Program-made: the position numbers and the translations under genes | Shown: positions 1 through 7,438 of the stretch, piece after piece | How positions within the stretch are numbered: the stretch's first letter is position 1 | Layout: each line of letters starts with the position of its first letter | Notes under the pieces: generated by a model | Database searches by the model: none | What the model saw: only the letters and a program-made list of their open reading frames with translations | Told to the model about the DNA's origin: nothing | Source of the DNA: Sulfurimonadaceae bacterium | GTDB taxonomy: Bacteria > Campylobacterota > Campylobacteria > Campylobacterales > Sulfurimonadaceae | Length of the DNA stretch: 11,736 nt | Assembly: GCA_041548245.1 (NCBI GenBank) | Contig: JBFESZ010000068.1 | Span: 1 to 11,736, forward strand | Reading direction: 5' to 3'

Positions 1-85
1 ATTTAGTGATATTTAAAACAACATGTCACTTTGCAATATATTTCTTATTATCTATGAATTATGAGCTAATCTTGAAGTATTAATA

Positions 86-175
86 TGTAGGGATATTGGA
101 TTTTAAGCCAATATCTCTACAAAATGTTCTGCTATTTTTTCTATATGTAATATCCCTACAAAATGTAAGGATATT
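86..175. repeat. Four copies of a 12-bp motif (TGTAGGGATATT) forming two inverted repeats; operator-like
   Basis: tgtagggatattgg (86-99) pairs with ccaatatctctaca (108-121), 1 mismatch. aatatccctaca (149-160) pairs with tgtaaggatatt (164-175), 1 mismatch. 110-127 and 149-166 form an 18-bp direct repeat with 1 mismatch. The repeats are seen directly; their function is unknown. Confidence 0.8.
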
Positions 176-190
176 TTTTTGGAGGATATT

Positions 191-238
191 ATGCAAAAAA
201 GAAAACTTCTAGATCAGGCTGTCCAATTATCAAGATAA
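191..238 (+). pseudogene. 15-codon ORF MQKRKLLDQAVQLSR*; possible truncated N-terminus of an integron-type integrase
   Basis: GGAGG at 181-185, ATG at 191, TAA at 236-238. The basic start plus KLLDQ resembles IntI-family N-termini (IntI1 ...VKVLDQLRERIR...). The similarity covers only about 9 residues. Confidence 0.35.
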
Positions 239-338
239 AGCTACCTAGTAGCTAAATTGAAGCATTTAAATAACTAATGGTGATAGGAGAGAGAGTTTAA
301 AGTAGCTATTTCAGGGCTTTTTAGTGTTTTTTAGATGC

Positions 339-355
339 TCCAGTATCCGGAGCCA
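339..355 (+). mobile_element. att-like site: 17-bp match to the 3' end of tRNA-Asn (putative island boundary)
   Basis: TCCAGTATCCGGAGCCA parses as the last T-loop base, the 3' T-stem strand CCAGT (as in E. coli tRNA-Asn), acceptor strand ATCCGGA (complement of a TCCGGAT 5' end, recalled for Campylobacterota tRNA-Asn), discriminator G and CCA. No tRNA body lies upstream. Confidence 0.6.
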
Positions 356-443
356 CTTTTAAACAACCCCTTATACATATATTCCCAAGCAATTTTTTGA
401 AAATAGATGATTTAAATCTACGTTGCCATATTCTTCAGGAGTA

Positions 444-1562
444 TCAGGCCTGGCTCAGAGGCATTTGAATCTTAAAGCATGCCCCATCGTCTTGATTCAT
501 TACTGTGATATTCCCATTCAAATGGTCTTCTATGATCTTTTTGACAATATAGAGACCGATTCCCGTACCGCCTTTGCCCGTTTTGGTCGTAAAATATTTT
601 TCAAAAACCTTATCCAATAAGTTATCATCTATTCCACCGGCATTATCGCATATACTTATCATCAAAGACGTATCATCATGTTTTAAACTCAGCACAATTC
701 TCGGATTTTCTATATTTCTCTCAAGAAGCGCGTCTTGTGCATTGACGAGTATATTGACCAGGACTTGCATCAACTCCCTGACATAAGTACTGATCGGGGT
801 GTCATCAACCTCACAACTCAATTCAACCCCATTGCTTTTAAGGGTTGAGCTTATGATGCTCTGCGTCATATGAACGAGTTCCTGGAGCGTTATGCTCTGC
901 AGCTCTTTGTTCGGTTTGAAGAAGTTTGCAAAGTCTTTGATGATCTTTGAGAGCTCCTGAACCTGGTCATTGACTATATGTGCATGCTCTTTGATCTGTT
1001 CTATATCATATTTATCAAGCTCTATATCAAAGATGATCTTGTTGGCTACCGCTGAAATCGCAGAGAGAGGTTGTTTCCACTGATGTGCTATAACACTGAT
1101 CATATTTCCCATCTCCGCATGTTTTGACTGGGCCATCATGATCTCTTCGTTCTCTTTCAAGAGCAATTCGAGTTCATCCCTGTAAAGCTTAAGTTTGATA
1201 TTGTTTTTTACCCTTGCTTTCACCAAGATAGGGTTGAACGGCTTATAGATATAGTCCACTGCACCAAGGGAGAGGCCCTTTGTCTCACTTTCATCATCGC
1301 TTAAGACCGTTATAAATATGATAGGTATATCTTGTGTCTGTTTATCGGACTTAATACGTTCACACACTTCGTACCCATCCATTTCGGGCATCACGATGTC
1401 AAGCAGTATCATATCGGGCTTATGTTCGGATCTGCATATCTCTATGGCTTTTTTTCCGTTATTGGCGACAGCGATCTCATACTCATCTTGTAAAATATTA
1501 AGGAGTGAATCCAGGTTTGAAGGGGTGTCATCAACAATTAAAACCCTGTTTTTACTCATCAT
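444..1562 (-). CDS. Cytoplasmic hybrid response regulator/histidine kinase (REC-HisKA-HATPase_c)
   Basis: REC motifs VLIVDD, DMILLDIVMPEMDG and YIYKPF. H-box IAHQWKQPL, N-box QVLVNILVNAQDA, G1 DNAGGI, F-box FEKYFTTK, G2 GTGIGL. No TM segment. The start is ATG 1562 or 1559 and overlaps the upstream kinase stop. Confidence 0.93.
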   Translation of the reverse strand: MMSKNRVLIVDDTPSNLDSLLNILQDEYEIAVANNGKKAIEICRSEHKPDMILLDIVMPEMDGYEVCERIKSDKQTQDIPIIFITVLSDDESETKGLSLGAVDYIYKPFNPILVKARVKNNIKLKLYRDELELLLKENEEIMMAQSKHAEMGNMISVIAHQWKQPLSAISAVANKIIFDIELDKYDIEQIKEHAHIVNDQVQELSKIIKDFANFFKPNKELQSITLQELVHMTQSIISSTLKSNGVELSCEVDDTPISTYVRELMQVLVNILVNAQDALLERNIENPRIVLSLKHDDTSLMISICDNAGGIDDNLLDKVFEKYFTTKTGKGGTGIGLYIVKKIIEDHLNGNITVMNQDDGACFKIQMPLSQA

Positions 1563-4500
1563 TATCCCCGTGAATATTGGTGTGATCTTCCAAAACCTGC
1601 ATGATTACCTCTTTGATCCCGTCAACATCATATATGTCGAACAAAGACTCTATTGTATTGATATCCGATTCATTAATGATCCTTCCATTATAACCCTTTA
1701 ACTTTTTAAATAACTGAAGCGACCTAATGATGTCTTTATCCAAATAATCCGCAAGTTCTCGGAGTGTCTCGACCGCTTCATCATCATTAAGCGTATTGAT
1801 GTCTGCATTACTCTGAGGCTTCTGCAGTGAAGCTGTGAAGCTCTCAATCGATCTGACGACCTTCTCATATTCATCCGCTATGCTTTCAAGAGCCTTTGTA
1901 TCAGGCACCTCTTTCCTCTTGAGTTGCGAGTCAAGCGTGTTGAGTGCCTTATACAGCTCAGTCGCACCGAAATTACCGACGATAGCCTTTAACTGATGAA
2001 GCTTTTTCTCAGCTTCTTCTATACTGTTTTGAGCAATCAGCTCCATGACGACTTTAAAACTGTCGCTTTGATGTTGCTCAAACTTGCGTAAAAGTTTGAG
2101 CAACAGGTCCTCATTATGGACAACCCGCTTAAGTGCGATATCCTGATCAATACCATGTAAAGAAGAGTAGTCATAAAGCGACTTCCTCTCTTTTGCAACA
2201 TCACTCTGTTTTATGTCACTCTTTTCTGTGTTCGTTTTCTCTGTACCGAGAAAATCAAGCAGTGTCTCAAAAAGCATCTCCGGATCGATCGGTTTGAAAA
2301 GGTAAGCGTTCATACCTGCCTCAAGGCTTTTGTCAATATCATGTTGACGGACATTCGCACTTAGTCCGATAATCGGAAGCTTGGCATAATAATCATCATT
2401 GAGTACCGACTCGAGCTGTCTGATAAGCTTGGTCGCTTCATTACCGTCAAGCTCAGGCATCTGAACATCCATGAGAATGAGGTCAAACTTGAAAGCCTTG
2501 GCTTTTTCAACAGCTTCATAACCATTTCGCGCACTCTCTATTACCAGCCCCTCCTGCCCCAAAAGGTCCGTGATAAACATGAGATTGATATCATTGTCTT
2601 CAGCGACCAAGATCTTTTTCTCCTGTATTGATTCAAGAGAGATGCTCCTGTCTTTTCTCTTTCGCATGACATCTGAGAGCTCCTTATTACTCATGAGAGC
2701 GTTGAGGATATCTGAGCTTCTCACAGGTTTTACTAGGATGGCTTCTATTTTGCTGTCCTTAAACTCATAATAGATGTCTTCTCTGTTGTAAGCGGTCACG
2801 ATAAAAATCCTTGGTACTTTTTTCAGACCTTTGAGCGTATGAATCCTCTTCGTCGTCTCCAGACCGTCCAGATCAGCCATCTTCCAGTCTAGAAAGACAA
2901 TGTCATAATCACCCTCCTCAATAGCACTGAGTGCCTCTTCTCCACTTGATACGGCATCCCTGCGCAGACCCAAAAGTTCACAGTTTTCAAGCAAAACATT
3001 TCTGGCAGCTTCATTGTCATCGACAATGAGGACTGAGAGGTTCTTTAAGATGCCACTCTTATCAAGTTCCTGCGTAAGCTCGGCCGCATCGAAATCACTG
3101 ACATTATCTAAAGGGATCTCGAAACAAAACGTGCTACCGACACCTTTCGTACTCGACTCAAGCCACAGCTCCCCGCCCATCAGGTTTACCAACCGTGAGC
3201 AGATAGAAAGCCCCAGTCCTGTCCCGCCAAACTTTCTTGTCGTACTTGAATCTGCCTGAGAGAACTCCTCAAATATCTTCTCCCTCTGTTCTTCACTCAT
3301 CCCGATTCCGCTGTCCTGGACACAGAACCTCAACTGCAACTGTTCACTGCCCTTTTGCACACATTCAATACGCAATGTGACGGATCCGTTGTTCGTGAAC
3401 TTGATGGCATTGTTGCACAGGTTGATAAGCACCTGCTCCAGCCTGTGCGGATCACCTTTGAAAAGTTTAGGCAACTCTTTATCTACGAGGACGGAGAAGT
3501 TTAGGTTTTTTGCTTTTGCCTGCACTTCGACAATGTTTTTTAAAGTATCGAGCACTTTATCCAGGTTGAAAGGGATATGCTCTATGTCGAGTTTTCCAGA
3601 CTCTATCTTCGAGAAGTCCAGAATATCATTGATAATATTGAGCAAGGAACTGGCAGCACTTTGTGCCTTCATAACATAATCCGTTTGCTGTGTGTTCAAG
3701 GATGTCTTCTCCAGAAGATAATGCATCCCCATAATCGCATTGATCGGGGTTCTTATCTCATGACTCATGTTTGCCAGAAAATGACTCTTGGCGACATTTG
3801 ACTTCTCGGCATTTACCTTCTCTTCTTTCAACTCATCTGCGATGATTTTTAATTTTTCATTACTCTCTTCAAGTTCGGCTGTCCGCTCTTCTACCCTCTT
3901 TTCAAGCACTTCGTTGACATTTTTAAGCTCATCCTGGCTCTGCTCCAACTGGGAGTTGGTCTGCATCAACACTTTGTTTTGCTCCTCGATAAACTCAAGC
4001 ATACTGTTGAAGGCATGCACGAGTTGACCCACTTCATCCTCACTTTTTTGATCGACGCGCAGTGAATAATCCTTCGAAAGTGCGACCTTTTCAGCCGTTT
4101 TTGTCAAGACAAGAATTGGTTCTGAAATAAACCTCTGCAACCAGGAAGCCAAGATAAAAGAGACAAATGAACCAATCGATATCATTAACGCGGTTAAAAA
4201 AAGAAGATTGAGCCACATCTGGTTAATGCCCTTTAATGACGCGACTATAAAGAGCGTACCTACGACATCCTCATTCATGACAATAGGTTCATAAATCAAC
4301 AACTTGTTATTGACAAAAGACGTCTCGCTCTGTTGCTTAAAGTTTTCAAAATCATATTGGCGCTCGATACCGCTCTCATATTTGGCAAAGAGTCTCTTAT
4401 CCGCACTAAAAATGGCAGCAGCAGTAATAGTCGGTTCTACTTTTAAACCAGAAAGTATCTCTTCCGCACTGCTATTATCTGAGAAGATTACGGCAGCTGT

Positions 4501-4683
4501 GCTCTGTCCGGCTATTACTCTTGCCATAATGCTAAGGTTTGACCTCAACTCCCCTTTTGCCTTGTTATATTCAATGGATACGAAGACGATACCGATAAGC
4601 ACGAGCGTTAAAAAAGAAGCAAATGTAATCATGATCATCAGTTTTGACTTGATTGATGACACTGCTACATTCAAAAATCTCAT
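1552..4683 (-). CDS. Membrane hybrid sensor histidine kinase: TM-CHASE8(YfiN-like)-TM-HAMP-HisKA-HATPase-REC-REC-Hpt
   Basis: TMs at about aa 15-37 and 157-181. Periplasmic NLSIMARVIAGQSTAAVIFSDNSSAEEILSGL...AAAIFSADKRLFAKY resembles the YfiN sensor. HAMP (EPILVL...DEVGQLVHAFNSM), H-box FLANMSHEIRTP, NLCNNAIKFT, DSGIGM, GGTGLGL. REC1 DIVFLDWKM...VKPV, REC2 DLILMDVQMP...FKPI, Hpt HQLKAIVGNFGA. SD AAGGAG at 4688-4693. Confidence 0.93.
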   Translation of the reverse strand: MRFLNVAVSSIKSKLMIMITFASFLTLVLIGIVFVSIEYNKAKGELRSNLSIMARVIAGQSTAAVIFSDNSSAEEILSGLKVEPTITAAAIFSADKRLFAKYESGIERQYDFENFKQQSETSFVNNKLLIYEPIVMNEDVVGTLFIVASLKGINQMWLNLLFLTALMISIGSFVSFILASWLQRFISEPILVLTKTAEKVALSKDYSLRVDQKSEDEVGQLVHAFNSMLEFIEEQNKVLMQTNSQLEQSQDELKNVNEVLEKRVEERTAELEESNEKLKIIADELKEEKVNAEKSNVAKSHFLANMSHEIRTPINAIMGMHYLLEKTSLNTQQTDYVMKAQSAASSLLNIINDILDFSKIESGKLDIEHIPFNLDKVLDTLKNIVEVQAKAKNLNFSVLVDKELPKLFKGDPHRLEQVLINLCNNAIKFTNNGSVTLRIECVQKGSEQLQLRFCVQDSGIGMSEEQREKIFEEFSQADSSTTRKFGGTGLGLSICSRLVNLMGGELWLESSTKGVGSTFCFEIPLDNVSDFDAAELTQELDKSGILKNLSVLIVDDNEAARNVLLENCELLGLRRDAVSSGEEALSAIEEGDYDIVFLDWKMADLDGLETTKRIHTLKGLKKVPRIFIVTAYNREDIYYEFKDSKIEAILVKPVRSSDILNALMSNKELSDVMRKRKDRSISLESIQEKKILVAEDNDINLMFITDLLGQEGLVIESARNGYEAVEKAKAFKFDLILMDVQMPELDGNEATKLIRQLESVLNDDYYAKLPIIGLSANVRQHDIDKSLEAGMNAYLFKPIDPEMLFETLLDFLGTEKTNTEKSDIKQSDVAKERKSLYDYSSLHGIDQDIALKRVVHNEDLLLKLLRKFEQHQSDSFKVVMELIAQNSIEEAEKKLHQLKAIVGNFGATELYKALNTLDSQLKRKEVPDTKALESIADEYEKVVRSIESFTASLQKPQSNADINTLNDDEAVETLRELADYLDKDIIRSLQLFKKLKGYNGRIINESDINTIESLFDIYDVDGIKEVIMQVLEDHTNIHGDNDE

Positions 4684-4897
4684 AACACTCCTTTAATTTC
4701 ATGACACTGGTTATTAATACGGGAAAAAATATTGGTATCCAAACATTATACATACATTTTTTATGAATTGTAATATTTTTTCATAATATAAAATAAAAAG
4801 ACTTTAACATTGCATCTTTTCAAATTTTGATACAATAGGCAAAGTTTTTATAATAATACTTTATTATACTAAAGCCCATAATCTCTAAAGGATCTGT
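4684..4897. promoter_or_regulatory. AT-rich divergent promoter region between the kinase operon and the receptor-yfiR operon
   Basis: + strand: extended -10 TGaTACAAT (4828-4836), TATAAT (4849-4854), SD AAGGA (4888-4892). - strand: TATAAT (4745-4750), SD AAGGAG (4688-4693). Confidence 0.6.
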
Positions 4898-6811
4898 ATG
4901 AAAAGTCTCAATCATCCGCTTCTTTTTGTATCTGCAATGGCTTATTCACTACTTGCTGATGATATCGACGTTTTTGATATCGGTTTTGATGAACTTAAGA
5001 GTATTAAAGTCGAAGTTGCCTCACGTCAGCAAGAGCCTTTAAAGGATGTTCCTGCCACGGTAAGGATAGTGACCGCAGATATGATCAAGCAGCGAGGTTA
5101 TATGAGCATTGAAGAGATCCTTTCTGACCAGCCTGGATTTCAGTTTAGAAATATCAATGGGTTCAACTCCTACACTTTTATGAGGGGTTCTGTGAGTCAA
5201 AACAACCATATTCTGATGATGGTTGACGGGGTACAGATTAATGAGCTCAACTCCGGCGGCTATTACGGAGGGCTGCATTACAACCTTTTTAATGTCAAAC
5301 AGGTGGAGATACTCTATGGACCATCTTCAGCCCTGTATGGAACAAACGCGATATCGGGTATCATAAACATCGTTACCTATTCGCCCAAAGAACGAGCGGC
5401 AAATGCCAATGAGCTAGAGCTCGCTTACGGTTCATTTGACACGGGACTGGCATCATTTAGAAGCGGAGACTATGATGTTCTAAAAGAACTTGGCTATACC
5501 CTTTCCGGCCATTATGTCACAACAAAGAAAGCTGATCTAGCCGGTGCTCAAGGTGACAATAACTGGTATGAGAGTATGGATAATTTCGAAGAGAGCTTCT
5601 CCCTGGAGGGAAAGATCAGCTACAAAGCCTTTGATTTCGGTCTTTTGTTCCAAGACAAACAGACTTCAAGAGCGACCAATTACAGGAGTGTCGGCACGGA
5701 AAAGCATGATTACGGCACACTCTGGCACATCAGTTTTTTAAATGCCTGGGCAAAACATGAGGCGGATTTCAGCGACACTATGAAGATCATCTCAAAACTC
5801 TACTACAGAAACGCCACGGTGCAGGATGACACCATCGCCTATATTGATGAGACACCGCTTCCGGGACAACAAGTCGGCTATTACCGACCAAACTGGCTCA
5901 TCGGCCTGGACGAACAGCTTCAGTTTCAATACTCCGACACCCTGAACCTGACTTTGGGTGTCAGTGCAGAGCATGAAGAGCTCTCAGATGGATTTGGAAT
6001 GACCCACAGTTCATCTGTATCCCTTCCTCCTGAAAAACCCTCTAGAGAAAGCATGTTGTCCAACAACCTTTTAAGTACCTACCTTCAAGTGAGATACGCA
6101 CTGAGCGACTCCCTTTATACTACTGCAGGAGTGCGATACGATCACAGCGACTACTACGGCGAAGTGGCCACGCCGCGTCTGGCCTTTGTCTACACCCATG
6201 ACAAAGGCAATATCAAACTGCTTTACTCCGAAGCCTTTCGTGCTCCTAAACCATGGGACTATCAATATAACAATGCTCTCGAACCAGAGACCATCAACAG
6301 TTATGAATTGGCGGGGAGTTACGAACTCGCCAATAACTTCTACACTCAACTCTCTGTATATCATAATGTCATTGACGACCAAGTAACAGAGGAAAAGACC
6401 TACGGCATTGAGCTTGACCTGCGTTATAAAAGCCGTGACTTCGAAGGCTATGCCAACTATACCTACACCGACAGCCGGGATGAGAACGGACGCAGAGTCG
6501 CCGAAATCGCTGAACACACTCTCAATGCCGGGCTGAACTACGCGTATGATCAACACTGGAAGTTCGACCTGAGGTGGAACTATGTCGGTAGTAAAAAGAA
6601 TGCTTCGACCCTGCCTACAGCAAATGAGACGATCAAGCCCTATATCGTGTTCAACGGACAGCTCTCATATCTTGATCTCAACGGCTTTGATATACACCTG
6701 ATCGCGAAGAACCTACTGGATGAAGAGTATTACCATACTTCCAACAGAAGCGTATCACGCTACAGGCAACCTCAACAGACCATCATCGCGAAAGTCTCCT
6801 ATGCTTTCTAG
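4898..6811 (+). CDS. TonB-dependent outer-membrane receptor (plug + beta-barrel), YfiR-associated type
   Basis: Signal peptide ending SLLA|DD. Plug motifs DVPATVRIVT, ILMMVDG, QVEILYGPSSALYGTNAISGIINIVT. Barrel motifs AGVRYD, AFRAP, LEPET, KNLLDEEY. C-terminal VSYAF beta-signal. SD AAGGA 5 nt upstream. Confidence 0.92.
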   Translation: MKSLNHPLLFVSAMAYSLLADDIDVFDIGFDELKSIKVEVASRQQEPLKDVPATVRIVTADMIKQRGYMSIEEILSDQPGFQFRNINGFNSYTFMRGSVSQNNHILMMVDGVQINELNSGGYYGGLHYNLFNVKQVEILYGPSSALYGTNAISGIINIVTYSPKERAANANELELAYGSFDTGLASFRSGDYDVLKELGYTLSGHYVTTKKADLAGAQGDNNWYESMDNFEESFSLEGKISYKAFDFGLLFQDKQTSRATNYRSVGTEKHDYGTLWHISFLNAWAKHEADFSDTMKIISKLYYRNATVQDDTIAYIDETPLPGQQVGYYRPNWLIGLDEQLQFQYSDTLNLTLGVSAEHEELSDGFGMTHSSSVSLPPEKPSRESMLSNNLLSTYLQVRYALSDSLYTTAGVRYDHSDYYGEVATPRLAFVYTHDKGNIKLLYSEAFRAPKPWDYQYNNALEPETINSYELAGSYELANNFYTQLSVYHNVIDDQVTEEKTYGIELDLRYKSRDFEGYANYTYTDSRDENGRRVAEIAEHTLNAGLNYAYDQHWKFDLRWNYVGSKKNASTLPTANETIKPYIVFNGQLSYLDLNGFDIHLIAKNLLDEEYYHTSNRSVSRYRQPQQTIIAKVSYAF

Positions 6812-7325
6812 GCTTCTTAAGACTCTGTTGTCAGGTTCTTTGCTGCTGGGCATCTGCTTGCATGCCAAAGAACTTCCCGAGTATCAGCTCAAGGCGGGTT
6901 ATATCTACAACATCATGAAGTTCGTCAAGTGGCCCCAAAAAGAGAAGCTTGTTGTGTGTATTTTAGGCGAAAACCCTTTCAAGGGATATCTCGAAGAGAT
7001 GCAGAAAAGAAAAATAGCCGGTATGGACATTGAAGTGGTACATACCTACAGTGCCGCTGAACTTCAAGCATGTGATTTGATCTATGTCAATGTAGCCGAC
7101 TTCAAAAAGATTGAAAACCTCTTTACTCATGTACTGACTATCAGTGATGAAAAAGATTTTCTCGATAATGGTGGAATGATCAAGCTTGTCAAAGAACAAC
7201 AGCAGGTCAAAATCATGCTGAACTATAAAAAGATCAATGCACAAGGCTTTACAATCAGCTCAAAACTTCTTAAGACCTCTATTGTAGGTTTTTATGAGCC
7301 AAATAAGACATCAGAAAAAAAATGA
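6801..7325 (+). CDS. YfiR/HmsC-family (DUF4154) periplasmic regulator
   Basis: ATG 6801 overlaps the receptor stop by 11 nt and puts a Sec signal at the N-terminus (MLSRLLKTLLSGSLLLGICLHA). Family motifs EYQLKAGYIYNIMKFVKWP, VCILGENPF, ACDLIYV, VLTISD..F...GGMIKL and ISSKLL. 174 aa. Confidence 0.88.
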   Translation: MLSRLLKTLLSGSLLLGICLHAKELPEYQLKAGYIYNIMKFVKWPQKEKLVVCILGENPFKGYLEEMQKRKIAGMDIEVVHTYSAAELQACDLIYVNVADFKKIENLFTHVLTISDEKDFLDNGGMIKLVKEQQQVKIMLNYKKINAQGFTISSKLLKTSIVGFYEPNKTSEKK

Positions 7326-7389
7326 AAACTATTATGAAAATATCTTCATAAAAAGATCACACATTCTCAAATATCTATCTTCTGCCGAT

Positions 7390-7432
7390 TATAATTGCGC
7401 TATAATGAATCCATGTCATATAACACAAGAGG
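7390..7432 (+). promoter_or_regulatory. Putative sigma70 -10 boxes and RBS of the first diguanylate cyclase
   Basis: TATAAT at 7390-7395 and 7401-7406. AAGAGG at 7427-7432 lies 6 nt before TTG 7439. Confidence 0.5.
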
Positions 7433-7438
7433 TATGGT

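Noticed and set aside
1-85. attI site upstream of the intI-like stub
   Set aside because: There is no clear GTTRRRY core on the minus strand (only ATTAGCT and GTTGTTT). It cannot be supported without flanking sequence.
86-175. CRISPR array or rho-independent terminator
   Set aside because: The repeats are 12-18 bp, in mixed orientation and irregularly spaced, with no cas genes. The hairpins are AT-rich and lie directly upstream of an RBS, although a T-run does follow the second one.
278-300. Minus-strand CTCTCTCCTATCACCA resembling another tRNA 3' end
   Set aside because: There is no proper T-loop, I cannot match it to any tRNA acceptor stem, and the sequence is low complexity.
280-355. Complete tRNA gene ending at CCA 355
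   Set aside because: There is no TCCGGAT 5' strand, D arm, anticodon arm or GTTCRA loop upstream. Only the 3' fragment is present.
1552-4683. Gene symbol barA/gacS for the kinase, or yfiN for the first cyclase
   Set aside because: The architectures are similar, but the sensor domains and partner genes differ, so orthology is unsupported.
423-4753. Short alternative ORFs over the kinase genes (423-620, 574-786, 1318-1701, 2570-2770, 3014-3259, 3377-3679, 3577-3801, 3788-4027, 4304-4696, 4571-4753)
   Set aside because: They are antisense or off-frame shadows of well-supported genes and carry no recognisable motifs.
4849-4868. Fur box upstream of the receptor
   Set aside because: The ATAAT...ATTAT spacing is 8 nt rather than 7, and the region is very AT-rich. 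It is kept only as an unassigned palindrome.
6720-6800. Longer 201-aa start for the YfiR-like ORF
   Set aside because: It would overlap the receptor by 92 nt and bury the signal peptide. ATG 6801 fits better.
6846-6857. Possible lipobox (LGIC) in the YfiR signal peptide
   Set aside because: Ile at -1 does not fit [LVI][ASTVI][GAS]C. SPase I cleavage after LHA is more plausible.
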